64,000 bases of DNA from a virus: the IMG/VR virus record IMGVR_UViG_3300005826_000069, positions 4,605 through 68,604 of that record, one strand, 5' to 3'. The position numbers and the translations under genes were made by a program. Below, one piece after another: positions 28,657 through 37,314 of the stretch. The first letter of the stretch is position 1. Every line of letters starts with the position of its first letter. The notes beneath the pieces are model-generated. The model did no database searches, was not told where the DNA came from, and worked only from the letters and a program-made list of their open reading frames with translations.

Positions 28657-29369
28657 CACTTTCTCCCTGATTGCCTTAATCCATGCGCAAGCATGGCGAC
28701 TAACCGCATATTTTGCTTTTCCCGTGCCGCAGCCATTGCCGCATCCCATGCCGCAGCCCATGCCGCAGCCCGCGCATCCCGTGCCGCAGCCCGTGCCGAA
28801 GCCTCTGCCGAAGCCATTGCCGAAGCCATTGCCGCATTCCATGCCGCAGCCCGTGCCGAAGCCTCTGCCGAAGCCTCTGCCGAAGCCATTGCCGCAGCCC
28901 GTGCCGCAGCCCGCTCAGCCCGTGCCGCAGCCCGTGCCGCAGCCCGTGCCGCAGCCCGTGCCGCATCCCATGCCGAAGCCCGTGCCGCATCGCGGATAGA
29001 TGCATCACCGGTTTTCAGGTAGCGCACGACAATATCGGGCGCATCCCATAGGTGGATAACATCAAGAGCGCAAAGCCGGGAAAATCTGTACAGCGTATCA
29101 GTGGCGTCGAATCCGACAAGGTAGGTTCTTTCGGTGGCGCATGATTTGTCATCATCATGGATTACCTGCCCACCTAGCGTGACTTTCCAGAGATAAGGGC
29201 CGGGAGCATATCTAAGCGCATCAATAGCCCGCTTGGATGCGTGTAGGCCATTCGCACACATGACTGGATCGCCTTCTACTTTGTGCGTGATACCGGCTTT
29301 TATGATTCGACCGTCGCCATAGCTCAACCGCTTATCTTCGCGGCTGAAATAGTAATATGTTTGCATCAC
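28656..29369 (-). CDS. Phage protein with AARAAAW low-complexity repeat
   Basis: N-terminal 'C.NGLHAS...DAL.YAPG' domain followed by 4-residue Ala repeats. Confidence 0.75.
   Translation of the reverse strand: MMQTYYYFSREDKRLSYGDGRIIKAGITHKVEGDPVMCANGLHASKRAIDALRYAPGPYLWKVTLGGQVIHDDDKSCATERTYLVGFDATDTLYRFSRLCALDVIHLWDAPDIVVRYLKTGDASIRDAARASAWDAARAAARAAARAAARAERAAARAAAMASAEASAEASARAAAWNAAMASAMASAEASARAAARDARAAAWAAAWDAAMAAAREKQNMRLVAMLAHGLRQSGRK
28722..28990. repeat. Coding 12-bp tandem repeat (GCCGCAGCCCGT variants)
   Basis: More than 20 degenerate 12-mers encoding the Ala-rich tract. Confidence 0.85.
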
Positions 29370-29617
29370 TTATCCCTCGGGACAGCAAATATTTTCAGAC
29401 TGTCCCCTGAAAACTTGGCCACAAGGGCGCAGCCGAGCCGGATTGCAGTCGAAAAACTACCCTTTGCCTCTGGGCCTACACAGGGAAACTTAACGATGAA
29501 TACACCGCCGGGATAGTCTTGCGCATACACGCGATGCCGGACGCGCTCACGATCTTCCAGTTCACGCACCCGCTTGCGAAGTCGCCGTGCTTCGGCCTGT
29601 GATATTGGCTTACTCAT
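29366..29617 (-). CDS. Hypothetical protein
   Basis: 83-aa ORF overlapping the next gene. Confidence 0.55.
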   Translation of the reverse strand: MSKPISQAEARRLRKRVRELEDRERVRHRVYAQDYPGGVFIVKFPCVGPEAKGSFSTAIRLGCALVAKFSGDSLKIFAVPRDK

Positions 29618-29619
29618 TA

Positions 29620-29916
29620 CTAACCCCCCAATAGTACTGCGTCTATTTCTTCAAGCAGCGCGTTGAGCGTTGGGTCTTCCAATGGACAGCCATATTCACC
29701 AAGTACATTGCTTATTCGTTCTAGCGTCGCTTCCAGTTCTTCGATGCGGCCCTTTAGCTTAATGGCCCCCTCGCTGGCGTAGAGAAGCGCCTGCTGCTCG
29801 CTGGTGCGCTCTTTCTGCGGGGTTTCCTCTGCCGCCTTTACCAGCTTCTCCTGAACGGATTGGTCGAACTTATGTCCAAAATCTATAGCCATAACGATGC
29901 CTCCCTGAGTGGTCAA
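29620..29916 (-). CDS. Hypothetical coiled-coil protein (RIEELEA module)
   Basis: GGAGG before the internal MAIDF start. Confidence 0.55.
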   Translation of the reverse strand: MTTQGGIVMAIDFGHKFDQSVQEKLVKAAEETPQKERTSEQQALLYASEGAIKLKGRIEELEATLERISNVLGEYGCPLEDPTLNALLEEIDAVLLGG

Positions 29917-29973
29917 TCAAGGATATCAAATAGTGATAAAAAAGATAGCACTTCCTGTGGATGTCAGGGTGCT

Positions 29974-30222
29974 TTACTTGATGTTCATGCCGCCGTGGTA
30001 ATGCGCCATGCGCTTCATGTCGGCCAGAGCATCGGCCAGCTGCTTGACCGTGTTCTCCAGCGCGCCTAGCCGCATCTCCATGCTCGCTATGGCAGAGTTC
30101 CTGAACGGATTGAACTCCAGAGACTCAGCGAAAGACGCTTCCCCAGCCATGCCCTGCGCATGAGCACACAGCGAGCATGACTGGGGATTGTTCCCGTGAC
30201 GACATGGGTCGATGGTCGGCAC
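29974..30222 (-). CDS. Hypothetical protein
   Basis: 82 aa; C-x-H...C-x2-C N-terminus. Confidence 0.5.
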   Translation of the reverse strand: MPTIDPCRHGNNPQSCSLCAHAQGMAGEASFAESLEFNPFRNSAIASMEMRLGALENTVKQLADALADMKRMAHYHGGMNIK

Positions 30223-30223
30223 G

Positions 30224-30379
30224 TTAGTCTTCGTGCTTCACCCAGCCACAGACGGAGCACGCGCCGCCGTCCATCGAGTTCACCGCGCCACAGGCCGGAC
30301 AGTCTTCGCCAGCCGGGGCCTCTTCTGCTGCCGGGGCCTCTGGGGCCTCGTCAACAACCGCTTCTTCTTCGATGCTCAT
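30224..30379 (-). CDS. 51-aa acidic zinc-ribbon protein (below the ORF-track cut-off)
   Basis: AGGAG RBS; MSIEEEAVVDEAPEAPAAEEAPAGEDCPACG...CSVCGW. Confidence 0.65.
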   Translation of the reverse strand: MSIEEEAVVDEAPEAPAAEEAPAGEDCPACGAVNSMDGGACSVCGWVKHED

Positions 30380-30723
30380 CTCTGTCTCCTTGATTAAAAA
30401 ATCGCCATAAACCCCCGGAGAGGTGATGACTTATTGCGCACTCAGAACCAGAAGAAGCGGTTCCGAAGGTGATCGATGACCAACAATAGCAAGGCAATGA
30501 TGCCCAGTATTGCCAAGCCACCGCATATCCAGATCATCACCCGAGCGCCTTCCCCAAAATGTCTGCGGCTACCCGCTCTCTAGTGACCGCCATGGAGCGA
30601 GCTAACGCATCCGCATAAATCCTACCGATATCGCCATACTGCAGCTCGTCGATCTCCTCGTCTGTGATCATGTATCCAAGGCCGTATGTCTCTCGCGCCT
30701 CTGCAGCAGCTTGCGCTTCGTGT

Positions 30724-30951
30724 TCATTCGATCATCCTGCACGTCCAGAGCGGTGGTTGTTCGGCAGGACGATTCCAGCGGACGCCCGCTAACAGTCTCC
30801 GGCCTCGCAGCCATGGCACTGTCAGGAATACGCCGGACACGCCGCGAGATTTGCGCCTCCGCGCCTCGTCATCGTAAAGGTGTGGCGGGTGATACTTGAA
30901 CACGGACAGCCCGTTCGGGAAGCGCTCGCCTTCATGTCGTACCGGGATCAC
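30724..30951 (-). CDS. Hypothetical protein
   Basis: 75-aa ORF on the operon strand. Confidence 0.35.
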   Translation of the reverse strand: MIPVRHEGERFPNGLSVFKYHPPHLYDDEARRRKSRGVSGVFLTVPWLRGRRLLAGVRWNRPAEQPPLWTCRMIE

Positions 30952-31053
30952 GGCTTCACCCGGAGGTAAGCCACGAACAGCCAGCAGACGGCTGCCAACG
31001 CGATGATCTCGAACAGCGACACCGATCCCCCTCCGCTCTTCTCGCCGCCGCCT

Positions 31054-31545
31054 CTACTGGGCGGCGGCTTCGGGTCGCCCCGGAGGACCACCGACAAGCA
31101 CCCAAGGCTGGGCAGACAGCGAGCCGCACCCGAACTGGTTACATGCCTGCGTGGCGTAGTAGACCCGCTTCGTCTTATCTGCTGTGCCTGAGTCTTGAAC
31201 CGTTAGCTCGATACTGGTGTCACTGGCTGGCACCTCGATAGGCGGCAGGGCTGCGGTCACTGGGGTATTGATCGATACGTAGACGTTGACTGAAGTAATG
31301 GCGAATGAAGGGTCGTCGCTGATTGGCGTACAGTCCGACAGGAACGTCGGTAGCACCCAGCTCAGGGTCGCCGTGTCCCCGATCTTCTTCACTGCCGACT
31401 TCTGCTGGTCTACAGGGCCGTTGCCTTCATCAGGTACGCACTCCTGAGCGCTCGCTGTCTGACACAGGATGCCGCCCAGAATGAACGCCGCAAGCCCCAC
31501 GATGATTGCGACCTTGTGCTTGTCCCAGAATGCTTGGATATCCAT
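31054..31545 (-). CDS. Exported fibronectin-III/Ig-like protein
   Basis: Signal peptide ending 'ASA-Q'; 'ATLSW.LP', 'VYV' and 'YYATQACN.FG...LS' FN3 pattern. Confidence 0.6.
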   Translation of the reverse strand: MDIQAFWDKHKVAIIVGLAAFILGGILCQTASAQECVPDEGNGPVDQQKSAVKKIGDTATLSWVLPTFLSDCTPISDDPSFAITSVNVYVSINTPVTAALPPIEVPASDTSIELTVQDSGTADKTKRVYYATQACNQFGCGSLSAQPWVLVGGPPGRPEAAAQ

Positions 31546-31628
31546 TGATGCTGTCTCCGTTAGCACGTTGTGTGCTGCTCTTTATCACATTGCCTCAGTA
31601 TGGTTCGCACTTATCGCAAGCCACACGC

Positions 31629-32054
31629 CTAATGTATTGTTTCGTAAAGGGTTTCCATGACCAGACGGGTAGCACCAGAGTTTTCGTCTGCCATCACGAT
31701 CACAGTGCCCTCTACATCCTGTGACATGGCAGCCGCTGGTATCACTACATCATCCCCTACCTTGTGCAGGAGATAGCGCAGGAACTTGGCCATCTGGTTC
31801 AGCTCTTCCTGAGCCTTCTTCTCTCTCAGTCTGAACATGGTTGCGTCATCTACGATGGAGTGTCGCAGGGCTGCGTTCTCTGCCACGAGCTTGGCTTGCT
31901 CTCCCAGTGCAGCGGCCAGCTTGTTCAGCGCCGTGGTCTCGCTCTTGACGGTCTGCTCGTACTTCCTCGCAATCTGGCGTGCGAACACCACGGCACACGT
32001 CGCTGCCAGTACCGCGCACAGCGTCAGGCTGGCTGTAAGGAGTGATTCACTCAT
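31629..32054 (-). CDS. Membrane-anchored coiled-coil protein
   Basis: N-terminal TM segment followed by heptads. Confidence 0.55.
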   Translation of the reverse strand: MSESLLTASLTLCAVLAATCAVVFARQIARKYEQTVKSETTALNKLAAALGEQAKLVAENAALRHSIVDDATMFRLREKKAQEELNQMAKFLRYLLHKVGDDVVIPAAAMSQDVEGTVIVMADENSGATRLVMETLYETIH

Positions 32055-32197
32055 CCGAGCGCACTGTAACGCTTGAGCATGACGAAGCGCGCCAGCTTAG
32101 GCGGCCTTTTACCGCGCGCCGTGATCTTTCTCACCGAGCGCGCGAACTTCCGCTCACGGCGTGCCTTCTGCTTCTTGTTGGCGACCCTCTTGCTCAT
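32051..32197 (-). CDS. 48-aa very basic peptide
   Basis: MSKRVANKKQKARRERKFARSVRK...; overlaps the next start. Confidence 0.5.
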   Translation of the reverse strand: MSKRVANKKQKARRERKFARSVRKITARGKRPPKLARFVMLKRYSALG

Positions 32198-32279
32198 ATC
32201 ATCAGGTACGTAATCAAAACAAACAAAGGGATGACCAGTAATCCGGCCAAGAACGAAAGCGTGTTCTTTAGGTTGCGGC

Positions 32280-32429
32280 TCACTTGCCCCGGCGTTCGTG
32301 CTTTCGGCTTGTGACCGGGTTCTTCGGATGCTTGGAGTTGTAGATCGCTGCCGCCTTTGCTTTCGCCTTCTTCGATGGCAGCCCTTCCTTCTTGAACTTG
32401 TCTCGCATCTTTTCGTAGGCTTTTGGCAT
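32280..32429 (-). CDS. 49-aa basic peptide
   Basis: MPKAYEKMRDKFKKEGLPSKKAKAKAAAIYNSKHPKNPV..., a type seen near terminase genes. Confidence 0.6.
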   Translation of the reverse strand: MPKAYEKMRDKFKKEGLPSKKAKAKAAAIYNSKHPKNPVTSRKHERRGK

Positions 32430-32431
32430 GG

Positions 32432-32677
32432 CTACTTGATCTTCCGTGCTTTGCCTTCAGGTCCCTGCATCGGAACTCCGAAGACGAGAGAGGTTGGCCG
32501 CTCCCCGGACGGTGCGTAGGACGATGGTTGTGAAGGTTGTCTCCTCGCTCGCGCCGGGGGCGACCCGCCGTCTGGTAATCCTTTGTTCGGACCTACAGTC
32601 GCGGTCACCAGATCATCGATGGCGTAGGCGCGCTGTTTGCCGCCTTTGCCGCCGGGATGGATTTTTCTGTCAGGCAT
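32432..32677 (-). CDS. Basic Pro/Gly-rich hypothetical protein
   Basis: GGAG RBS. Confidence 0.55.
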   Translation of the reverse strand: MPDRKIHPGGKGGKQRAYAIDDLVTATVGPNKGLPDGGSPPARARRQPSQPSSYAPSGERPTSLVFGVPMQGPEGKARKIK

Positions 32678-32714
32678 CAGGGTTCTCCATTGGTGTGTTC
32701 TGACGATAGCAAAA

Positions 32715-32969
32715 TTATGCCATCTTGTCCGGCACCAGTATGCCGCTAACCCCTTCCTTCACTTCCTGCTGCGCCGCAGCTTTGGCATCCTTGTCAGCCA
32801 TGCCGCGCAGGACAGCGCAAAACTTGTGAGCTGTGTACTGGGCAAGCGTCAGATCATGCACGTCCTCCGGCAGCTCTTCACCCTCTCCCAGCCCCCAGTC
32901 TACGCCGAAATCCAGACCCTCCTTCCCGTTATGAGTCCAGTCTTCGATCATCAGATAGACTTTTGCCAC
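32715..32969 (-). CDS. Hypothetical protein
   Basis: GGGGAG RBS, GTG start overlapping the TerS end. Confidence 0.6.
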   Translation of the reverse strand: MAKVYLMIEDWTHNGKEGLDFGVDWGLGEGEELPEDVHDLTLAQYTAHKFCAVLRGMADKDAKAAAQQEVKEGVSGILVPDKMA

Positions 32970-33606
32970 TGATCGTCTCCCCCTCTATGGTATTGGTCGG
33001 CTTCGCCAGCTCTGATCGGATGGTGTCACGCACGCGCATCAGGGTTTCCATCGGCAAGTCCGCAAATCTGCGCGCCTCGCCCGTGATGTTGATGCTATCC
33101 TCGAACAGGCCGAAGTGGCGGCCCATCTGGGTCAGCGCGGTCATCTTGTCGTGGAACGAATACTGATAGCGCTCAGGGTCCATCTTGCCGGTCTCTTTGT
33201 TCAACCTCGCAGCATAGACGCGAACACTTCGAATGCAGGAGCGCTGCGCCGGGGTCAGCTCGTCTGGAGACTTCCACACCCAGCGCTCTGGCTCGCCGTC
33301 TTTCGCATCGTTCTTCATGAAGCTGATCGGGTCCTGAAACGCGATGTCAGACAGCTCCTGAATGACATCCGCGTCAGTGCGCTCGATGCGCCGCAGGAGG
33401 TGCTTGCTGCGGTTGCGTACCGCCTTCTCGATATGGGGCTTCTTCAGGAAGCTGGACGCTTTGCTGACCTGCCCCTTGCAGTAGCCTGCGAGAGTGGCGG
33501 CCTTGGTCGCTGACTTGGTGAGGCAATAGTGGCGCACGAACGCCTCTTCCTTGGCCGTCAGCTTTCTTTCTCTGGACCTGCTGTATTTGGATTGCACTTT
33601 CGACAT
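32929..33606 (-). CDS. terS: Terminase small subunit
   Basis: 'LTAKEEAFVRHY....ATKAA..AGY', 'VIQEL..IAF.D' and 'HDK..AL..MGRHFGLF'. Confidence 0.88.
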   Translation of the reverse strand: MSKVQSKYSRSRERKLTAKEEAFVRHYCLTKSATKAATLAGYCKGQVSKASSFLKKPHIEKAVRNRSKHLLRRIERTDADVIQELSDIAFQDPISFMKNDAKDGEPERWVWKSPDELTPAQRSCIRSVRVYAARLNKETGKMDPERYQYSFHDKMTALTQMGRHFGLFEDSINITGEARRFADLPMETLMRVRDTIRSELAKPTNTIEGETISGKSLSDDRRLDS

Positions 33607-33860
33607 GATTCGTGTTTCGTCATTCCCAATAACAGTCGATGATAATCTGAATCACACCTTAGCGCATATGTGGCTGACAGGCCATCCTCCACCGGCTCGT
33701 ACGGATAAGGGGTATGCGAGTCGAGCAAATAGGTGCCGGGAATATACGCTGCCAGATCGCGCCCCATGATCTTCCCCGGCGGCGGCCAGTCCAGCGACTC
33801 CATGACGTACTGCCTGCCGTGTAGCAGGCCGCCTTTCATGGTGAGCGTGAAGCGGTACAT
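33558..33860 (-). CDS. Hypothetical protein, probably leaderless
   Basis: ATG lies 6 nt after a TACGAT -10 box (TTGAGT-18-TACGAT). Confidence 0.5.
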   Translation of the reverse strand: MYRFTLTMKGGLLHGRQYVMESLDWPPPGKIMGRDLAAYIPGTYLLDSHTPYPYEPVEDGLSATYALRCDSDYHRLLLGMTKHESCRKCNPNTAGPEKES

Positions 33861-33896
33861 GAGCTGATCGTACCCTTAACCTGCCTTATCACTCAA

Positions 33897-33949
33897 TGTG
33901 AATCTCGTTATCACAAAGTGTTGACACACATCCCGTGGAAGTGTAAGCT
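33897..33949 (+). promoter_or_regulatory. Early sigma70-type promoter with upstream conserved element
   Basis: TTGACA-17-TAAGCT preceded by TGTGAAT-N4-TTATCACAAAGTG. Confidence 0.8.
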
Positions 33950-33981
33950 CAAGAGTGCAATTAACCGAAGGAGGCATCGCC

Positions 33982-34599
33982 ATGACACGCTCAACTACTG
34001 AAGAGGGTTACGTCACGCTTGCTACTCAAGCTCTGAAACAAGCTGGGTTCAAAACCGAGAAAGCGGCGCGGACTATGGGCCGCTATTCGATCATCAAGAA
34101 TGGTCAGGTCGTCGGTCAGTTCCAAGTCGCCTTGATGCGCGGATGGAACGCCAACAACCCGACAGGATGGAAGCTCTGGGCCAACCGCTTGGAAGCCAGA
34201 AACTGGCGCGCCCACGACATGAACTACCCATTTACGTGGGGCACCCGGCGCTATCAGAAACTCGACTCTTTCGTGAAGGGCGTAGTCGAGCATTGCGTAC
34301 CGATCAGCGACATCGAATCGCGCAGGGATGCGGCTGAGAAGGCGCTCGAAGATGCTCGCAAAGATTCGCGTGCGGCCCATGCCGAGCTGAAGCACTGGCA
34401 ACAGCAGTTTGGCAATACGTACGGATCGCTGTTGGCCGACTACTTTATCGACAGGAATCCGATGACCGTGCTCGAACGCGAAGAGCTGGAATCTGCTCTG
34501 CGAAAACTGCGGGATTGCCAAGCCGACGTGGATCGCTGTACGGCTTTGATCGAAGAGCGGAACAACGAACGCCTTGATCTCTACAAAGAGGAGAAATAG
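33982..34599 (+). CDS. Early hypothetical protein with C-terminal coiled coil
   Basis: GAAGGAGG RBS; first gene after the early promoter. Confidence 0.7.
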   Translation: MTRSTTEEGYVTLATQALKQAGFKTEKAARTMGRYSIIKNGQVVGQFQVALMRGWNANNPTGWKLWANRLEARNWRAHDMNYPFTWGTRRYQKLDSFVKGVVEHCVPISDIESRRDAAEKALEDARKDSRAAHAELKHWQQQFGNTYGSLLADYFIDRNPMTVLEREELESALRKLRDCQADVDRCTALIEERNNERLDLYKEEK

Positions 34600-34601
34600 T
34601 C

Positions 34602-35072
34602 ATGAAGTCCGATTATGTGTTCGAGCGCGCTGAAGGGGGGAAGGTGCCCACGCGCGCCAAGGTCCGCCGCGACTTCCCTGAGCTGACCAAGGCGGAAGCG
34701 CAGGGCGTAGTGGATCACCTGCGGCGCTGCGAGCATTGGCTCAGCCCCATCTATCACGTCCAGATCGACAAAGAGTGTCAGCACGGGTTTGCTGGTCTGA
34801 CCGTATGGCACTTATCGATCAAGCGTATCGACAAGCAACCGATCCGCGACTGGCGCGTGATGCAGGCTATCAAGAGCGGAGTGGTCGGGGCTGAGGTCGA
34901 GGCCATCGAGCTATATCCGGCTGAGTCAAGAGTAGTCGATACATCTAACCAGTATCACTTGTTTTGCTTTCCTAATGGTGAGCGCGTGCCTTGCGGATAC
35001 ACCGCAGGCATGAGAACCGATAACCCCGGAGTCGAAGGCGCTGTGCAACGACCCGGTTCAGGAGGTGCGTGA
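34602..35072 (+). CDS. Conserved phage protein (HLSIKR...YPAESRvVD..N.YHL family)
   Basis: Recognisable conserved motif; GAGGAG RBS. Confidence 0.7.
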   Translation: MKSDYVFERAEGGKVPTRAKVRRDFPELTKAEAQGVVDHLRRCEHWLSPIYHVQIDKECQHGFAGLTVWHLSIKRIDKQPIRDWRVMQAIKSGVVGAEVEAIELYPAESRVVDTSNQYHLFCFPNGERVPCGYTAGMRTDNPGVEGAVQRPGSGGA

Positions 35073-35187
35073 TGCCCCGAGTCAATTTTGTGAAGGCAGC
35101 CCGGAAAGACAACCCGGTCGCGAAGAAAGGTGAGAGCTACAGCCTGATCGAGAACTTGCCCACGAGTCTTGAAGTGGAGATGTACTG

Positions 35188-35889
35188 ATGGAATACCCAA
35201 AGATGGAAGAGCTGTTGTCGCGCAAAGAGCCGCTGCATGAAGCCCTCGTGCCTTACCTGCAGCAAAGCGAGACGAGCGGCATGATGTTCCTGCGGCATCC
35301 TCTGGTATTCGATGTGCCGTACAGCCCGATCAAGAACGCGCTGAACAATCATCGCTACCTGATGCTGAAGGAGCATACGCAGCACTGTCTGGATACTGGT
35401 AAGTACGACCAATATGTGTGGGCGCACGAGCGACCATACAGGTTCGAGGCTTACATGAATGTCCGTGAGCTGGTGAGCGACAACCTGCGCGCCGAGTTAC
35501 TGGCCTCGGTCTGGGGCGACTCGGAGAACATCTGGCAGAACCTCGCCAGCTGGCAGGAAGAGTGGCAATGGATGCGAGACGCTGGACGCACACCGTACCT
35601 TGGCTCCCCGGAGACCACTGCGCGCCTGATGCGGATGCCGCGCGAGGTACAGATATGGCGCGGTCAGTCTGGAGACAGAAACTGGGTCGGGCTGAGCTGG
35701 ACTACGGATAAAGACAAGGCAGTCTGGTTCGCGCGTCGATTCTCTCGGGCTTCGGAGCCATCTCGGTTGATTGCCGGGATGGTGCGTAAGGAGCACATCC
35801 TCGCGCTGTTCGACGACCGCAATGAGTCTGAAGTCGTCGCGTTTCCGGATGATGTGACGGTTCTGATCTCAACGGAGGTGACGAAATGA
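35188..35889 (+). CDS. Putative ADP-ribosyltransferase-fold protein (R-S-E type)
   Basis: 'IWRG', 'LSWTT' and 'ESEVV' occur in the order and spacing of R-S-E ART motifs. Confidence 0.55.
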   Translation: MEYPKMEELLSRKEPLHEALVPYLQQSETSGMMFLRHPLVFDVPYSPIKNALNNHRYLMLKEHTQHCLDTGKYDQYVWAHERPYRFEAYMNVRELVSDNLRAELLASVWGDSENIWQNLASWQEEWQWMRDAGRTPYLGSPETTARLMRMPREVQIWRGQSGDRNWVGLSWTTDKDKAVWFARRFSRASEPSRLIAGMVRKEHILALFDDRNESEVVAFPDDVTVLISTEVTK

Positions 35890-36068
35890 TTTACTACTGC
35901 AATGACTGCAAGCTGACGTTCGACTCTGACAGGGCCGGACTTATCGCGGATCGTTCCGATGACATGTATGACCGTGGAACGGTCCCCATGATGACCTATG
36001 TTTGCCCATGCTGCGGCGGGGAAGACATCGAGGAAGCAACGGAGAAGCAGATATGTTCAAGCGGCTGA
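35886..36068 (+). CDS. Small zinc-ribbon protein
   Basis: CNDC...CPCCG; GGAGG RBS; ATGA overlap. Confidence 0.65.
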   Translation: MIYYCNDCKLTFDSDRAGLIADRSDDMYDRGTVPMMTYVCPCCGGEDIEEATEKQICSSG

Positions 36069-36670
36069 TGAATTTCATCCGCCCAGCCAAGCGCAGTGAC
36101 GTGCGTAATATCTGGGTACTGGTGCCGACGTACATCGACGAGCCGCCAGCGGCGTATGACAGCGCTGAACAGCTCTGGGAGGTGCTGACGGAGCAGGGGC
36201 AGGTCGAAGGGCTGTCAGTGGACGATCTGACGAGCCTGAATGCCTACGAGCACCTGACGTGGACAGTGGACCCAGATGACGAGGATTCGAGCGTCACCGT
36301 GTACCGGGTGCCATTAACACTTGTTGATAAAACTTCCACAGTCAGGTATAATGTACTTTCGGTTATTGATGAAGGAGGCAACACCAATGGCTATCCAAGT
36401 AATGCGATACCAGACGACCAATGGGGTCAAGCCGGTACTGGTCAAAGATGGTGGCAGGAAGTACCTGCACGTCCTTACGCTGGACTACCCGATGCGGCTG
36501 ATCAGAGTCCCCAAGGCGGAGGCAAGATACATGGCTCCGCTGAAGTTCCGCCAACGCAATGGGACCTTGGTGGACTATCCATTGAAGAGAGCCGTCCGTC
36601 GTTTCAAGAGCTTTGGGAAGAGTTCGTCACCGACGAAGCAAGCAAAGAGTTTCCTGAAGGAAGCAGCTGA
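36053..36670 (+). CDS. Acidic hypothetical protein (3' half overlaps the next gene)
   Basis: GGAG RBS before MFKRL; frame open to 36670. Confidence 0.5.
   Translation: MFKRLMNFIRPAKRSDVRNIWVLVPTYIDEPPAAYDSAEQLWEVLTEQGQVEGLSVDDLTSLNAYEHLTWTVDPDDEDSSVTVYRVPLTLVDKTSTVRYNVLSVIDEGGNTNGYPSNAIPDDQWGQAGTGQRWWQEVPARPYAGLPDAADQSPQGGGKIHGSAEVPPTQWDLGGLSIEESRPSFQELWEEFVTDEASKEFPEGSS
36324..36352 (+). promoter_or_regulatory. Internal sigma70-type promoter
   Basis: TTGATA-17-TATAAT. Confidence 0.7.
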
Positions 36671-36701
36671 CGAGGCGCGGACCACGCCCCTCAGCTTTTA
36701 A
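36387..36701 (+). CDS. Basic hypothetical protein
   Basis: GAAGGAGG RBS, own promoter, MAIQVMRY start. Confidence 0.7.
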   Translation: MAIQVMRYQTTNGVKPVLVKDGGRKYLHVLTLDYPMRLIRVPKAEARYMAPLKFRQRNGTLVDYPLKRAVRRFKSFGKSSSPTKQAKSFLKEAADEARTTPLSF

Positions 36702-36725
36702 TCAACGGTCCATAGGAGAAACGCC

Positions 36726-36953
36726 ATGAGTAATTTGAATTCGATCCTGACCTCCGCTCTTGCGGACGTAGCAACGCAGCTCTACAGCGCCGACGAGCTG
36801 ACCCGCCAGTACCAGCTGCTGGGTGAGTGCCTCGGCATCAAGCCGGAGAAGGCCGAGCTGCCGGACAACGCGATAGTCGCCGCTGAGATCAGCGAAGAGG
36901 ACGTTGCGGCACTCCGCAGGGTCCGCGACCTGCTGAACAAGTTCCCTGTCTGA
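36726..36953 (+). CDS. Hypothetical protein
   Basis: AGGAG RBS. Confidence 0.7.
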   Translation: MSNLNSILTSALADVATQLYSADELTRQYQLLGECLGIKPEKAELPDNAIVAAEISEEDVAALRRVRDLLNKFPV

Positions 36954-36959
36954 CTGTAT

Positions 36960-36989
36960 GCGGGGGCGTTCCACCCGGAGCGCCCCCGC
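36960..36989 (+). other. Strong intergenic hairpin
   Basis: GCGGGGGCGTTCC-ACCC-GGAGCGCCCCCGC; no U-tract; abuts the next RBS. Confidence 0.6.
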
Positions 36990-37003
36990 CAAGGAGCAAC
37001 GCC

Positions 37004-37213
37004 ATGACAACCACGAACGAAGAGCTGCGCAAGATCATCAAGCGCCATCATCTGACCCGGCCACAGGTCCGGGATGCAACCTGCAGCGCCACGACCGCGA
37101 CAGTAGATCGCTGGCTGGTGCCGCCGAAGAAGGACGGCAAGCCTAACCCGACATATCGGACAATGCCGCTGTCGAAGCTGCAGCTGCTGAAGATCAAAGT
37201 CATTAACACCTAG
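37004..37213 (+). CDS. Small HTH-like DNA-binding protein
   Basis: 'ELRKII..HHLTR.QV.......TVDRWL...YR.MP...LQLL' pattern. Confidence 0.65.
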   Translation: MTTTNEELRKIIKRHHLTRPQVRDATCSATTATVDRWLVPPKKDGKPNPTYRTMPLSKLQLLKIKVINT

Positions 37214-37266
37214 TGTGAATTTAATTATCACAAAGTGTTGACTTCCAGAGTCAGTGTCTGTAGAGT
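37214..37266 (+). promoter_or_regulatory. Early sigma70-type promoter with upstream conserved element
   Basis: TTGACT-17-TAGAGT; upstream block nearly identical to 33897-33925. Confidence 0.8.
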
Positions 37267-37314
37267 TCGAACCATGGCCAGAGAGGCTGGCCACTAACCC
37301 AAAGGAGATTCGCC

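Noticed and set aside
28722-28990. Tandem repeat as a CRISPR array or DGR element
   Set aside because: Contiguous 12-mers without spacers that encode an Ala-rich tract. The MECGNG, RHGL and CRSP ORFs are frame shadows of it.
33897-33915. CRP/FNR site
   Set aside because: TGTGA and TCACA are separated by 9 nt rather than the 6 required.
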